Assembly: GCA_030141605.1 (NCBI GenBank)
Contig: JAQGDQ010000439.1
Location: forward strand, 124,001 to 188,000
DNA: 64,000 bases
Source of the DNA: Tubiluchus corallicola
Taxonomy: Eukaryota > Animalia > Priapulida
Reading direction: 5' to 3'
Below are positions 27,101 to 39,607 of this stretch, one piece after another (position 1 is the stretch's first letter; every line of letters begins with the position of its first letter). The position numbers and the translations under genes were made by a program. The notes below the pieces were generated by a model, which was not told the origin of the DNA, made no database searches, and saw only the letters and a program-made list of their open reading frames with translations.

Positions 27101-29487
27101 CACACGCTAGTTAAAGTAATTTGAAACTTTAGATGCAACAACAGTTGAACCAAAACTCATTTGTAAGACCTTAAAAATTTAAAATATGTAAACAATCCAG
27201 TGAAAGATCTGCAGGCAGGATAACGGATATTGGCAAAATCCGAATACAAAACAAACAATACAATGTCAACCACGGATACGTAAAATATGCACTTCAGGCG
27301 ACTTAGATCCATTAAACATAAATGGACTACAAAAAATCATGGGCTAGCTGCTTAAGTACACGTTCTCAATGAAGCATATCATTCAGCCATAAACACATAA
27401 TGCTAACCTTGCACTAAAAGCATGTGATTAGTTAGTAATTATGTACTTACTGTGATATGGGTATGCACTCCTGACCACCCATGCATGTCCACCAGCCGGT
27501 ACACAGTGGCCAGTTTACATCGTGCCAACTTTTCTCCCTTCACATAACCAGTTGCATCCGTGCTCTTTATATCTGCGATAGGAATCGGTCCTTGCCCACC
27601 ACCTGTAATAATACACAACAGATTGGCAAATCTTTTGCTTTTACTGCTTTCTGTCGCTAGGTATTAAATTGTACAATGAGTAAAACATGCAAACAGTTTT
27701 CAAGATGCTCATTTTTGCTTTTAATCACAAGTCATTTTGTGCCGATTGTGCAAGATGTTAAATAAGTATGCTAACTACAGTGATGGTTATGGCAATGGTG
27801 ATGATTTAGTACATTTTCTGTTGGACAAAAGAATGATCTTAGCTTTTCAACACTAAAATTTGAACAATTCTTTAGGGAAACACTAACTGAGTCTTGAGAT
27901 TACAATGTACAAAACAAGTTGTTTTGTACAGACATATTCAAATACCTTTGCCAATACTTGAAACCGACTGATTTGCTCTGCTCTGTGGAACAAACATATC
28001 AGTAATTTGTTGGAGAGCAATAAGACTAGTCGGATGAGGCCCCTTCTGGATTTGAGTAGATATAATCTCCTCTAGTTCTTCACGGAATGATGCGCTATTG
28101 AGAATTAATGATACCCTCTTTCGTCGTTCCATCTCACGTACATCCTCCTTTAAACAACAATGAAAATTAAACATACTGTACTGCACATTAACTTGAAAAT
28201 TGTTATTACACTAATCACTATTCAACCATGACAGCAAAACACATCTTAGTAAATTACATGAAGTTAGGAAGGGCAAACACACATTATTGGCATGTTACAG
28301 ACAAATGATGATGGACAAAAACTTCCATTTAAATATCACAACCTATTTGCAAATTTGCATGAAAATCAGAAATTTCACTTTCAACAGACCTTTGACGGAG
28401 ACGCTTAAAAACGTGCAAATTTAAATGTTAATTACATACAAAAATATAATTCAGTGTTGGACAATATTTGTTAACTGCATTGGATTGTTAGGAAATGTAC
28501 ATACTCCAGCCAGCATTACTTGTAAGACTTAGTGTTTCCTGGCAACAGGGTAAATTGTTAAACACTCGTCCTGCTCAACAGATGTGGTTAGTGCTTGACT
28601 TATTTTTTATTATTGTTACAAACATTAAGTACAGACGAACAGAATTTAGTCCAAGGTAAGCTCACTTGCTGTAAAAGTTAGACCTTCCACTCTTGCCTGT
28701 CTTGTTAACGTGAGTTGTATTAAAATCAGGCTGAGGATCCCACAATGACACAAAAAGAAAACATTTTAATCCCTAGTGAATTGGCAACTGCACAGTAACT
28801 TCATGCAAGAAGCTAATATGACTCAGCTGAGCTGTTTTTCAATTAATTCAAGACCACGTCAAAATAATACCATCTGTGCTTTCGACACACCCAGCAGTTA
28901 GTATACAAACAGAACCAAACTATGCCTTTTTCATATGCCAGGCCATGTATATATATATATATATATTCTTGCAAGTCTTTAATACATACAGTGTATAAAA
29001 AATGAGAATTATTAGTGAGCTTAGAAATGGAGAAAGTAATAGAAAGATTGTTACACAAGTTTTTGAGCACCAATAGCCTATCATAGCTACTGTAAAAGGA
29101 AGGAAAAGGGAAAAAAGGTGACACATGCCAAACCTATTGCCTTTTCTTTATCAGTGGGTTACCCACAACTTGCAATTATTAATATTACGTGATTAAGTTT
29201 GTTCCCCATTAATCATCCAAAAAGATCCACGACAATGTAAAAACACTTTGCCTGACGAGTTGTGCTGTAGACAAGTAGCTCATTGGCAAAGTGAATCAAA
29301 AGATAAAATACTGCACTGTTATGAAAAAAATCTACATAAAAATGATGCTCTGTAATATGGTATGTTTTCTTACTTTAATACCAGCAGGTCTTCGCTGTTC
29401 TCTAATATATTCTGGGTCATCAGGGTTGATTGAATCGATGAATTTTCCACTAGGTGGTCCGTTCACCTGCACATGGTCAGCCATCAT
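15165..29487 (-). CDS. ADD1: Adducin / hu-li tai shao-like protein, 15 coding exons, ~609 aa
   Basis: Exons 29487-29374, 28147-27946, 27602-27451, 25045-24946, 24587-24457, 24198-24055, 23668-23570, 21673-21488, 20890-20754, 20274-20181, 18869-18759, 18057-17967, 17117-17064, 16107-16016 and 15287-15165, all GT-AG and frame-consistent. Motifs: [79 protein letters not shown] and the MARCKS-like [14 protein letters not shown]. Probable non-coding first exon ends at the donor at 32025. Confidence 0.95.
16892..16965. repeat. 37-bp tandem duplication in an adducin intron
   Basis: ttgccactgacataacttcttttt/caaagttcattact present twice with one mismatch. Confidence 0.85.
21735..22596. mobile_element. 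Non-autonomous DNA transposon (hAT-like MITE), ~860 bp, in an adducin intron
   Basis: Imperfect 29-bp TIRs: caaggctggcagtacggcatggtatgaaa versus reverse complement caagactggcagtatggtgtggtacgaaa. Degenerate 8-bp flanks tttaatgg / cttagggg. Confidence 0.65.
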
Positions 29488-32137
29488 TGTATTGAGCTAA
29501 CTTACCTGGGAAAACAAATTGCAGGTAGTACACAGATGAAAATACGTATTATTATGATAAACACACAGCAGCACACAAAGCCATCACTAACGCAGTGGAG
29601 TTCACACCCACAACAGCTGACACAGCAACTATAACAAAAATTATTAAGTGCTAACATTCTACTGCTGTAGCGAAAACACCAAAATCAAGTAGACTCAAAA
29701 TTTTATGGGCAATTAAAACTAGTTTTTGAAGCATGAGTCCATTCAAGGCGCGTCATATAAGAGATTTTATACACCTGAGGAATAAAAAGCAGTTCTTAAA
29801 TCAAAATACAGTAGCTGGCATATTGATTTTCATATTAAAATCAGCAATTTTTAAAAAATGAACTCGTCAAGGCAGTATGCCAAATTAGAGGCCATTTTCC
29901 TAGGCCCCCAAACAGTCTGAATTGTTCAACTTCAGCATAATTAGTTACAGTCATGCACTGATCAGTTTTCTGGTGAGCAGAATTTGGTACTCACCTGTAT
30001 GGAAAAGACTGATAAACGGTAAATATGGTCTAACTAGTGAAGAAGCTAGCCACTTTGCAGAAAAAATATTTAACCTCCCCTAAAAAGCTGTAGAAATATG
30101 CTGAGCCCTCAATAAAAAATGAAATAAGTTCAAAAACAAATCTCAGCAAAATCTCAGCATAGGACATTCCACAAGTCACAGCCAGTTTCAATTGCTGCTA
30201 CACATTTTCAGCTTTTTTATTGAACAGTGATGGGTGAACAAAAATGTTTTCAAGTTTTAGAGTCACTTGCATAAAAACTCCTAATACGAAATTTAAGTTA
30301 ACAATAGAGTACTTTGTAATAAACGGGATGAAACTAAGTTGATGTACTGCTAATTGCAAGCATTCTTACAACAGAATATTCCTGATGTTTATACACATTA
30401 ATGTGTTTACTTCTCTCCCTCCCTCCCACACTTACTGTGTATAGTGGCAGATAGCTAGTGTCCCAGGGTGCCTACAAAAGTATCTTCATAGCACATCATG
30501 AAATACTTGTGGTGGGTTTATGGTTACTTTGTATGGCAGAAGTTTTGAGTGCAAAATAAATGCCTTTAAAAAGACTGATTGGACTTAATGGTGACTATGA
30601 AATCCAATATTGCATTTTGGCACACCTCTAAGTCTTAACCCAGGCTGGCGGAGAGTTAGCAGTACAAAAACATGGCTGCGTTCTCACCAAAACAACGATA
30701 TTATAATAAACATTGCATTTTGCATTTTAAATTAAAATATACTTTACGTGATTGCATTAGGTAAGTGTATGAACGAACATGACGTCATTTGCAGAAGGCT
30801 GACCAGGATTTGGGTTTCAGCCGCTTTTCCGCTAACCTCAAACCTGACTAAATGTAGCCAGATGAACAGCATTGCATAAGATTAATGATAAAGAAAACAC
30901 TGAACATCTTTTCTAAGACAAACTGCATAAGCATACGCAACATAATATTTATGGAATCAGAACAACAACATTGCTAATGATTAATAAAGGCTGTATATAA
31001 TTGCTGCATAAGATTCATGCTAAATAAGGTCAAATTCAACAGAAACATCCTTACATTTTCACAATTTCAATGCAAAAACATTCAATAGTCTTCAATATCT
31101 AGACCTAAAATGAATAATATCAGGTGTCCCCTATCTGACGTATCAAAACTCGATCAGTATAAGCATTCTCAACAAAAATTTTTCTCTGCTATAACTAATC
31201 CTTGCAAAACTACTAGATTAATCGAATTAATCGTGATTACAACCATGTGTAAATCGATATAATCGATGATTGAAGAGTAATCCAGTTAATCAAAACCAAA
31301 ATATACCTGTATATATACCTATAAAAATAGTTTGCGAGTACGAAAATGGTAGCCAGCGACAAAAGCCATGAAAAAGTTTACAGGCTATATCTCAGTACTG
31401 CAATGTTTGAAAATTATGGCAAAACACTAAAAAACTGACGCAAAAGATTAACTGTGATATCAAATTATAAGAACAAGATTGCTGTGGTAATTAGAAAATT
31501 TCAAAATCGCCCATTGCTAATCATGTGTAATGAATTTGTAATACATGGCAGAAGACAAATTATGAAAAGATTGACGAGTGAGATTTGAATGATAAGCCTG
31601 TTTTGGTGACTTCGTTTGGAAAATTGGAAAGTGCATAGGTCATAATTTTTATTTATCTTAACACACATTACAAACCGTTGCACAAGTATGACTATGAGTT
31701 TTTTTTAGCACAATTGAATTACACAAGGCAAAATTTAATTTTGTACAATTTACATGAAGTGAGCAAACAAAAACACAGAATTATCATAATTATAATCAGA
31801 TGAAGCTACAGGTAGTCAATTACAAATAAATCAGAATAATTAATGTAATCACCATAATTACCTTTATTCTATTACAGCACTATACTATAGAATAAACCAC
31901 ATTTCTGAAAATTTATCATAATTAGGCCTACACACGTCGAACTGCGTCCTTCGAGTGAATTAACATAAAATTTTAAATTTCTTGTATACCCCTGCATTAA
32001 ATGTCACTAACGAGTGATTACTTACCAAGTTAGTCAGCCAAGAATAATATTAGCTTTCGCAAATTTTATCATAAAACTGCATAAAATTAACACTCAACAC
32101 ACCATTCCCTGAAAAACAAGGTCGCCGGGCGAGGCTG

Positions 32138-32170
32138 CCACTAGATGGCACTTTATGAAGTATGACGTCA
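32138..32170. promoter_or_regulatory. Adducin proximal promoter: CTCF core motif plus CRE
   Basis: CCACTAGATGGCAC (32138-32151) fits the CTCF core CCASYAGRKGGCRS; palindromic TGACGTCA at 32163-32170. Both lie just upstream of the putative non-coding exon 1. Confidence 0.5.
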
Positions 32171-35079
32171 CGAAGCCATGATTGTCAACTTACTGGAATG
32201 GCGCACCGTTAAAAATTCGACTAAATTCGTTTATCACCAGAATTGTCTGCGGTAACTGACCCAAAGAACTTTAGTAATGTATAGCTCATTTTAACTACTA
32301 ACCCCCTTCGTGTAGTCGTGTAGTTAGAAGAACAATTCTATAATTAAATTTGTAGTTTATTCATAAAGCAGAGAGTTTGGCATAAAAGTAACTACAAACA
32401 TGCAGTTAATTATAACTATTAAAACTTTTCTATAACAAAACAAACAAAAAGCAGTTAGGCCTAGCGTAATGTTGCTATTTCTATAATTAAATTTTACAGT
32501 GCTTAGAATTGTATTTTGTCAAGCTACTAGGTATGTGAAGCCATGTTTCACCATCATTACAATCATTTTTATTTGCAGTGTTTGCAAACGCTTTAAAGCT
32601 TTAAAATTATTGCTTAAACTTTTTAACATAACTCTTTATAAATTTTGTCTAGTATCAATTATTTACCTTCAAGTTATATGACTCCATGTCAGTGCTGCCA
32701 CCTGTCGAGCGATTTTGTTACAATCTAAGTTGTAACATGTTGTGATTTTGTTGAATTTAAAAGAGAAGCCCGTTCAGTCAGTCAGGTGCATCGAATTACG
32801 TAACCTGCTTTCTGAACTGGAAGCGACTTGTATGCAACATGTTGAAAAATGTAGAAAAATGGCCGCTTGCAGATGCTCAGTTCAGAACTTTTAAGTATCT
32901 TTATGCCAAAACATGAAAGTCCGGTTTATCAAATGGCTTGGTGACAAGCATCGTGCTGAGCTGGAGGTCGTTCTATGCAAACGAACTGTTAGTGAGTCAA
33001 GTTCATTATAATTATGCTTGTTTCCTGGATTAACATATTAAGTGCACGTCTGCTGTTGTTATTAGCAACCTTCTCATTATGGCAGATTTGTATAATCTGA
33101 AGATTGCTACTACGATATTTTCAATAATAATTGACTAAAATATTAAGTTCATAGTTAAAATGTTTACTCTGCATTTTAAACTTCGGTACAGATTAAAGTA
33201 ACAACTTTAGGAGAGGGCGCCAGTACCTAGCGTCTTAGTTAGCGCATCAGCAGATCACAAGCTCTCTGCTGTAAACCAGAAACGTATGCAAGACCTGACT
33301 AAACCACCCTGACAGGCACAAACCGTAACTGGACTACACCAGGTGATCATAAGAATTAATAATGAGTAGCTCATAATATGAGTTGGGGTGTTTAATGAAT
33401 AGTTGTGTTGGTGTTAGTTTTTTGTTTAAGAATAAAACTTATTTTTCAAAGGTATTTATGCTCATTTATCAGGGCTAACACATAAACGACATTGTAGATC
33501 GAATTTAAATGGAGAAAATAGCATGTAAGTTTATTGAAGATGAACGTCAATATATATGGGTGGATCATGACAAGCGAGTTATAATGCACGATTATTGGTC
33601 GGTAAACATAAAATATTCATCATGGCTTCATCTCTTAACACGCGAAGCGATGCAGTATCTTATAAACTTAGTTTGAACCGTTTTTCTCGACCTAGTTTTC
33701 CTCAGTGTGTAACCAATGTTTTTCGTCTGCTATTTAATGAAGCCCATCAGCGACTTTCAGCCCGTGAGCCCTGAGTATCTATAATATGCAAATCTTTTGG
33801 ACTTTCGGATGTAGTCCATGGGATACTTCTTCTGACAGAGGGACACAACTTTTTTTATTCTCAATATTTTAATAGAGCAAATTTTGATTTCTCCTCTCTT
33901 TATAAGTAAAAACGACAAAATCATTGCACATTGTAATTAACTGTTTAAGTCAAAGTCTAAAAGCCAGCTCTCGATTTCTGCTAGCAACCAGCATCTTGTC
34001 TCCGTGACGTCAGCAGCTCTCAGTTCCACTATCGCATTTTCCACGATATTAGTAGCTGCTTTTCCATAGCTTGAGCCACCACCTTACCTTACACCTAAGG
34101 AAACTTATTTTTTACAAAGTAATAGGCATGATAAATTCTAACATTTAATCAACCTAACTTATAATAAGATCAATCATTAGTTATGCAACTTATCCCACCT
34201 TGTTTTGAAGAAATAGACAATTAAGTTTCACTTCAATTATTAAAAATGATCTTTAAACAATAATCTAGATCAAAAAAATTAAACCAGGTTCTCGACTATT
34301 ACTCTTGTCTAGACATCATGACATGTACAGTTATTAAAAAAAATTCGCAGAGTTTTCTAGTTTAACAATAAATTCAAAGTTCTATCTCGGCTAACTGCAT
34401 TATTAAATACTTGCATTTAGTTCTGTTTCTATATTTTTTATAAAACTCCCTTTTACGATCTTTAAACGCAATATTTGATCGTGCTGCCCTCTACTAACGA
34501 CGCAAGTAGTTACGTTATGTTGACATTACTGCAGCAAAAATCATTTTCACTTAAGCCAAAATTACATTTATTGTTTCATATTAACGCTTATATCAAAATT
34601 ATAATATTTTCTGAAAAATTATAATCTCTATTCCATAATACGTTAATTAGTCTTTCAATCGTTTGTATCGTTTAATACGTTAATGCTAAGTAAATCTCAA
34701 AATATGCATCTCCGGCTTGTACCAAATTTTCAAAATAAATACGAGGATCATTCACATTTTTATACTAATCAATGTCAATCATCAAAATATCATATTGATG
34801 ATCATAACCCACATTTTTTTCTTTTTGACGAATCTCGTTGTCCACAGTATAAGTAATAAAGAACAGTCACCGATGGTAGTACTATAGCCTGAAATTAACC
34901 CCGACAAAGTAGCAGAATAATTATTGTAGCAAAGCTAAAACTAAAAACTGACCTAGGCCGTACTATATGCTCGCAGAATAGCATGCTTATCTGAAAGTTA
35001 ACTAAAATTAATAATGTACATTGTATGTAAAGTACATGTATAATAGTGCGAGTTAAAGCCATGAAGCACTTGTTACTAA

Positions 35080-35440
35080 TAGGGGTGATCATCGAACGTT
35101 CGAATTTGATTGAAACCTAAAATTATAAATCTGAATAATTCGGCAGTTCATCTGCACACGTTCTTTATCATTAACTCTTTGAACTCCGAACGTTTGAAAC
35201 ATTATGCACTCAGCACAATTTAGCAGCGATTATTGTGCAAAATTTGTGCCCAAATTACTAACGTTTTATGGCAGAATAAAATAAAGTAATATGTAAGCAT
35301 CTTTGTGAGAGCGCTTGCTATTAATCATTCGAATACTTTTCGAAAATCCTTAAAATTTATTTGAATTTGATTCAAATTGGAAATCTCGAAATTAGTTTGG
35401 TTCGAGTTCGAAATTCACAAATTCGATTCGATGCGATTTC
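35080..35440. mobile_element. Partial MITE with TTCGAA/ATTCGA subterminal repeats
   Basis: Begins taggggtgatcatcgaacgttcgaat; dense ttcgaa/attcga repeats at both ends; right TIR not clearly resolved. Confidence 0.35.
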
Positions 35441-36049
35441 GCTTTCTGGCAGAGCGGAACTTCTGAGTGAACTGTAGAAGTTTTGCTAACACATGATGCC
35501 TTCACGGCGTTCACAAAGTCCGCCAGTTTACGCCACTTTTTCAAATATGCATCCACCAGGTTCATTTGGCGGGAACTAAGAAATATTTAAATTTCTTTTG
35601 CATTTTAGGAAGGTTTTTTTATTAGCACTGTGCAGTTTATTGTTTGCATTATTGTTTAATCTGAAACAAATATCAGCTTTTAGAAAAAGTATTTCAAAAA
35701 AAGAAATCACAAAAAAGTTACTTACAAACAATAGGACTATAAACTAGCAAGAAGCGTCTCACTTAATTTAATTCAAAACATAAATCCTCATAATATCAAT
35801 ATATTATGTAGTTATACAAAAGTTTTTATAATTAATGGTAATTAAAGTACTATAATATAGTATTCACATCAAAGCTTTTCTTTATGCACTTAACACATTT
35901 CACTAAATTTCACATTTGCACGTCTAGCATGCTCATACTAACAGAACCATATGACTGACCAGTCAATAAAATTCAGAATTAACAGAAGCCAGGTACCCAA
36001 CTACAGCACGGTTTTCACACGCATTTATTTTGTGATACTTTTAACATTT

Positions 36050-37030
36050 TTCATTATATTAAAATACAGTGAATGTTGTTCGAGGGTTGGTTTTTCCTTT
36101 AGTTTGATTCTCCGTCATACCCTTCAAGACTGCATGCTGTGCGAGTTGCGTGAGGCTTCCGCACTAATTACTGAGGGCATGATAGATTCTCAATTAATAA
36201 CATGAGTAATACCTTGATGCAATAAAATTTTCTGTTCTACTCACGTTGGTCTGTACCTCCTACCAAAAGTTCACAATGTTACAACATCTTGACGACTTTT
36301 GGGAATATTCATTTAATTGTCTGTGAAAATCATTTATTTACAAGTTAAAACAATGCACACATATTAACATGAGACTTAGTCATCTTTTAGATTATTTCAC
36401 AAAAACAGCAGGAATCGAGTTTCGAGATCCTACAATAAAATATTTTTCGAGGCATTTTCAAAAATGTTGTGGGAGTGATGTGTTTGCCGGGTTAGTGTTT
36501 GAAATAAAATCTCAGACCCGGTTATGCATTGTTTGGTTCATAAGGAAGCTTTTTAAACCACCTGAGATCGAATTACTTCGGCAAAATACAAAGTTCGGCA
36601 CACCACTAGATACCAGTTCTACAAATTATTGTCTGAAGCCATTGATGGAGAAAACTTTAAAGCACGACATTACTGAAATTTAATGCTCAAACTATTATAA
36701 TAAAAACAACCATGTTTTAACGTTACAGAATTTTCCAGTGATATGCAGTGCCACAGCCATTTCCAAAAAAGGTTGTGTGCATATATTCAGGACTGATCTT
36801 GTAGCTGAAAGTTCTTTGGTCGTTAAAATTCTTAATAAAAATTTTAACAATTTTACGACTTTCGAATTTTTTGGTTGCTAAAATCAGTTCCTGACTTGTG
36901 AGGTGTTTCAGCCCGTGCTGCTGGTCTGCTTCTAAAAACAAAAATAAACTTTCAGTGTTCCGCACCCAGAATTCTATAAGTTTCATTTCCATCTTAGTAA
37001 AGCGGTCGTGCGCTGAACACCGTATCTCAC
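36050..37030 (-). mobile_element. Probable decayed hAT transposase remnant
   Basis: Fragmented minus-strand coding-like sequence (ORF 36723-36992) with frameshifted TRW-like and LRSIM-like (dimerisation domain) traces; many stops. Confidence 0.3.
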
Positions 37031-38515
37031 AATTAGTTATATACTGCTAAACGGATTTCCCAGATTGCTTATAGTATTCTTTTACAAATAAATAGCACAG
37101 TGGCAATTACTGTAACAGATCTACAGAGTACGTGTCTGTTATGTTTACTTGAACTGACTATTGACTTTTTGCGGGCAGACTGCTTTTATTTCGGATGTCT
37201 GCCTGGCCATTGTTTGTAATAGACGGCATGAGAATGCGACAATGTTGAAAGCGTCTACGGCACTGTGTCAGCACATCTTTTAGTTTTAAGTTAGGTAGGT
37301 CTATTCTTGGTAATATTGCCGGACATCATCCCTGTTTCGGGTTTCGTTCGAATCATAGATTGGTCACATAATGACAAAGCATTAACAGAGTAAACTTTTG
37401 TCTGACTTTTTAACTAACACCGAAATAATCGTTAACAAAGCTTTTGGAGCTGTTTGGCTTTGAGGTTTAACTGGTAAACAAATTGATCAGAATATTTACG
37501 TTCATTTCATGTGCTGGCTCAACGCCCTTTGTCACTAGGTAAATTGCGAAAAATAGCTTTTATTTTGCTATAACAATTGCTGTTGTCCTAGTTGTCTAGG
37601 TGCTATTAGCTTTTTTCCACATAAGAAAAGTTTTCTGCACTGCTTATATTGTTAAATAATCGTTTGCAGGCCGCAGCCAGTTTAATTCATTCTCCTTCCT
37701 TATCATATTGCTAATTTATTTTTACCTTTCTTGTTCGTGATGACACTTGTTTGATTTCTTCTATAGGGCTAATTATTTTCATCTAAGTAACGGATTTTCT
37801 GTGAACTACAGTTTACTAGTTTTCATCTTCACCTATAACTTAGACTTCCACGTATCATCCACACAACTTTCATGTAGGTTTGAGACTTATTTCTGCTATA
37901 CCTTGTAGAGCATTTATTTTGTGAAGCTTCAGCACAATAGCTTGCCATTGACGCCTTACAACCTAGACCTATAATTCATGGTTGGTTGGGTTAACTGACC
38001 TAAATGTTGTGGTTAACTCATTCGATTTACAACTTTCAAAACCACACTAATAGATAGCCATGGCATTTTAGTAAATCCCCAGAATCATTTTTTCGGTCGC
38101 TGTCCCATGTATTGATCCAGGCTGTAATTAGTAAGCATTTGCTCCTGAGCACACAATCCATGCGGCATGAAGGAATTTTATCACACCAGCTTCCCTAACG
38201 CCATAAAGTGGCAAGTGACATTTCATGAACAATGATTGCTTAAATTGTTTCATTAATCCTTTTTGCTAATTTATTAATCATAAATTAATATCACATATAG
38301 GTGGCAAATAAAGTGTTGCCACTTTCCTTAAAATAAGAAAGTTTACATACTTTTCTTATGGGCAGATTCATTTTCACTTGTATAATCATTCTTTTTTGAA
38401 CTTTATTTTAAACATTGTTTATACACTAAGTTTGTACTTTAGAAAAAGGAAGAAATGCACAAGTTCAAAAAATCAGTGATGTTGATGTTCATGTTATTTT
38501 TGCTTTTGTTTAGGT

Positions 38516-39607
38516 ATGAAACATTGGAAGAATTCGGCCTCCATTATTCTGGTGGCTGGAAAGCACATCACAAGTGCAGCATCGATTCCGGTCAAACAGC
38601 ACAGCCAGATCATTGGTAGGCGGCATTTCAACTATGAAGTTTTGATGCTTAAGCGTAGTAGCAGAAGCTCAGCTTTTGCCAGTGTTCATGTTTTTCCTGG
38701 TGGTGTATTAGATAGGGCTGATTATAGCAATGACTGGCTAGGTGTGCTCGATAAGAAAGAGTTTTCCGCATTTATGCTTGAGGAGAATCGTCCAGAAGCA
38801 CTGCTTTATGAATCAAAAACGAGCATCCCGCCAGATGTGGCCTTTAGGATTTGTGCGATTCGCGAAACGTTTGAGGAAACTGGGATCCTTATAACCAAGC
38901 CCATGGGTGCTGAAAATAAACTTTTGGTATCCACGTACAGTATTAGTAAATCTGAAAGTGACAAATGGCGAAAGAAGGTAGCAGGAGATGCCAAGGAGTT
39001 TCTGAATTTATGTAAACACCATAACATGATACCAAATATTGGTTCACTATCTGAGTGGTCGAACTGGCTTACACCATCTTTCGTACAGGGCAAAAGATTC
39101 GATACGATGTTTTATTTAGTATGCATGGATACTGTCATTGATATAGAGCATGATGAATGTGAAATCGATCACTCGGAGTGGTATACACCGACAGGCATTC
39201 TCCGAGGTCACAGAAATGGTTATTTGCTTTTGATTCCACCACAGTTTTATGAACTTTCTAGACTCGTCAATTTTCATGATTTGGCAGAGCTGAGAAAATT
39301 TGCCCAGGCTCGTCAAAATAAAGGTGCAATTCGTTTCTATCCAATTTTTTATAAGTTTGCTGATGGAGCATGCTCTATTTATCCTGGAGATGATCTTTAT
39401 CCTAAATTGCCTGACTTTGTGCAACAAGGGGAGTTTTCCTCAAGCTTGTCAGTCAGTGAATCGGCTTCAGAGTCTGTACATTTGAACAGGACTTTATGGC
39501 CGACTCAAAGCAAGTGTCTTCCTGTATGTAACGTAGATTGTTGCGGTCATGTCAATCCACCTTCAGATTTAGATGGATTGTTGAATCTAGAGGAATCTAA
39601 ATTATAA
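38516..39607 (+). CDS. NUDT19: Acyl-CoA diphosphatase NUDT19 (Nudix hydrolase 19), peroxisomal, single coding exon, 363 aa
   Basis: MKHWKNSASIILVA; YEVLMLKRS; interrupted Nudix box VFPGG...FRICAIRETFEETGIL; WSNWLTP; RFDTMFY; PPQFYELSRL; PGDDLYP; C-terminal PTS1 SKL. Splice acceptor at 38512-38513, just before the ATG. Confidence 0.95.
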   Translation: MKHWKNSASIILVAGKHITSAASIPVKQHSQIIGRRHFNYEVLMLKRSSRSSAFASVHVFPGGVLDRADYSNDWLGVLDKKEFSAFMLEENRPEALLYESKTSIPPDVAFRICAIRETFEETGILITKPMGAENKLLVSTYSISKSESDKWRKKVAGDAKEFLNLCKHHNMIPNIGSLSEWSNWLTPSFVQGKRFDTMFYLVCMDTVIDIEHDECEIDHSEWYTPTGILRGHRNGYLLLIPPQFYELSRLVNFHDLAELRKFAQARQNKGAIRFYPIFYKFADGACSIYPGDDLYPKLPDFVQQGEFSSSLSVSESASESVHLNRTLWPTQSKCLPVCNVDCCGHVNPPSDLDGLLNLEESKL

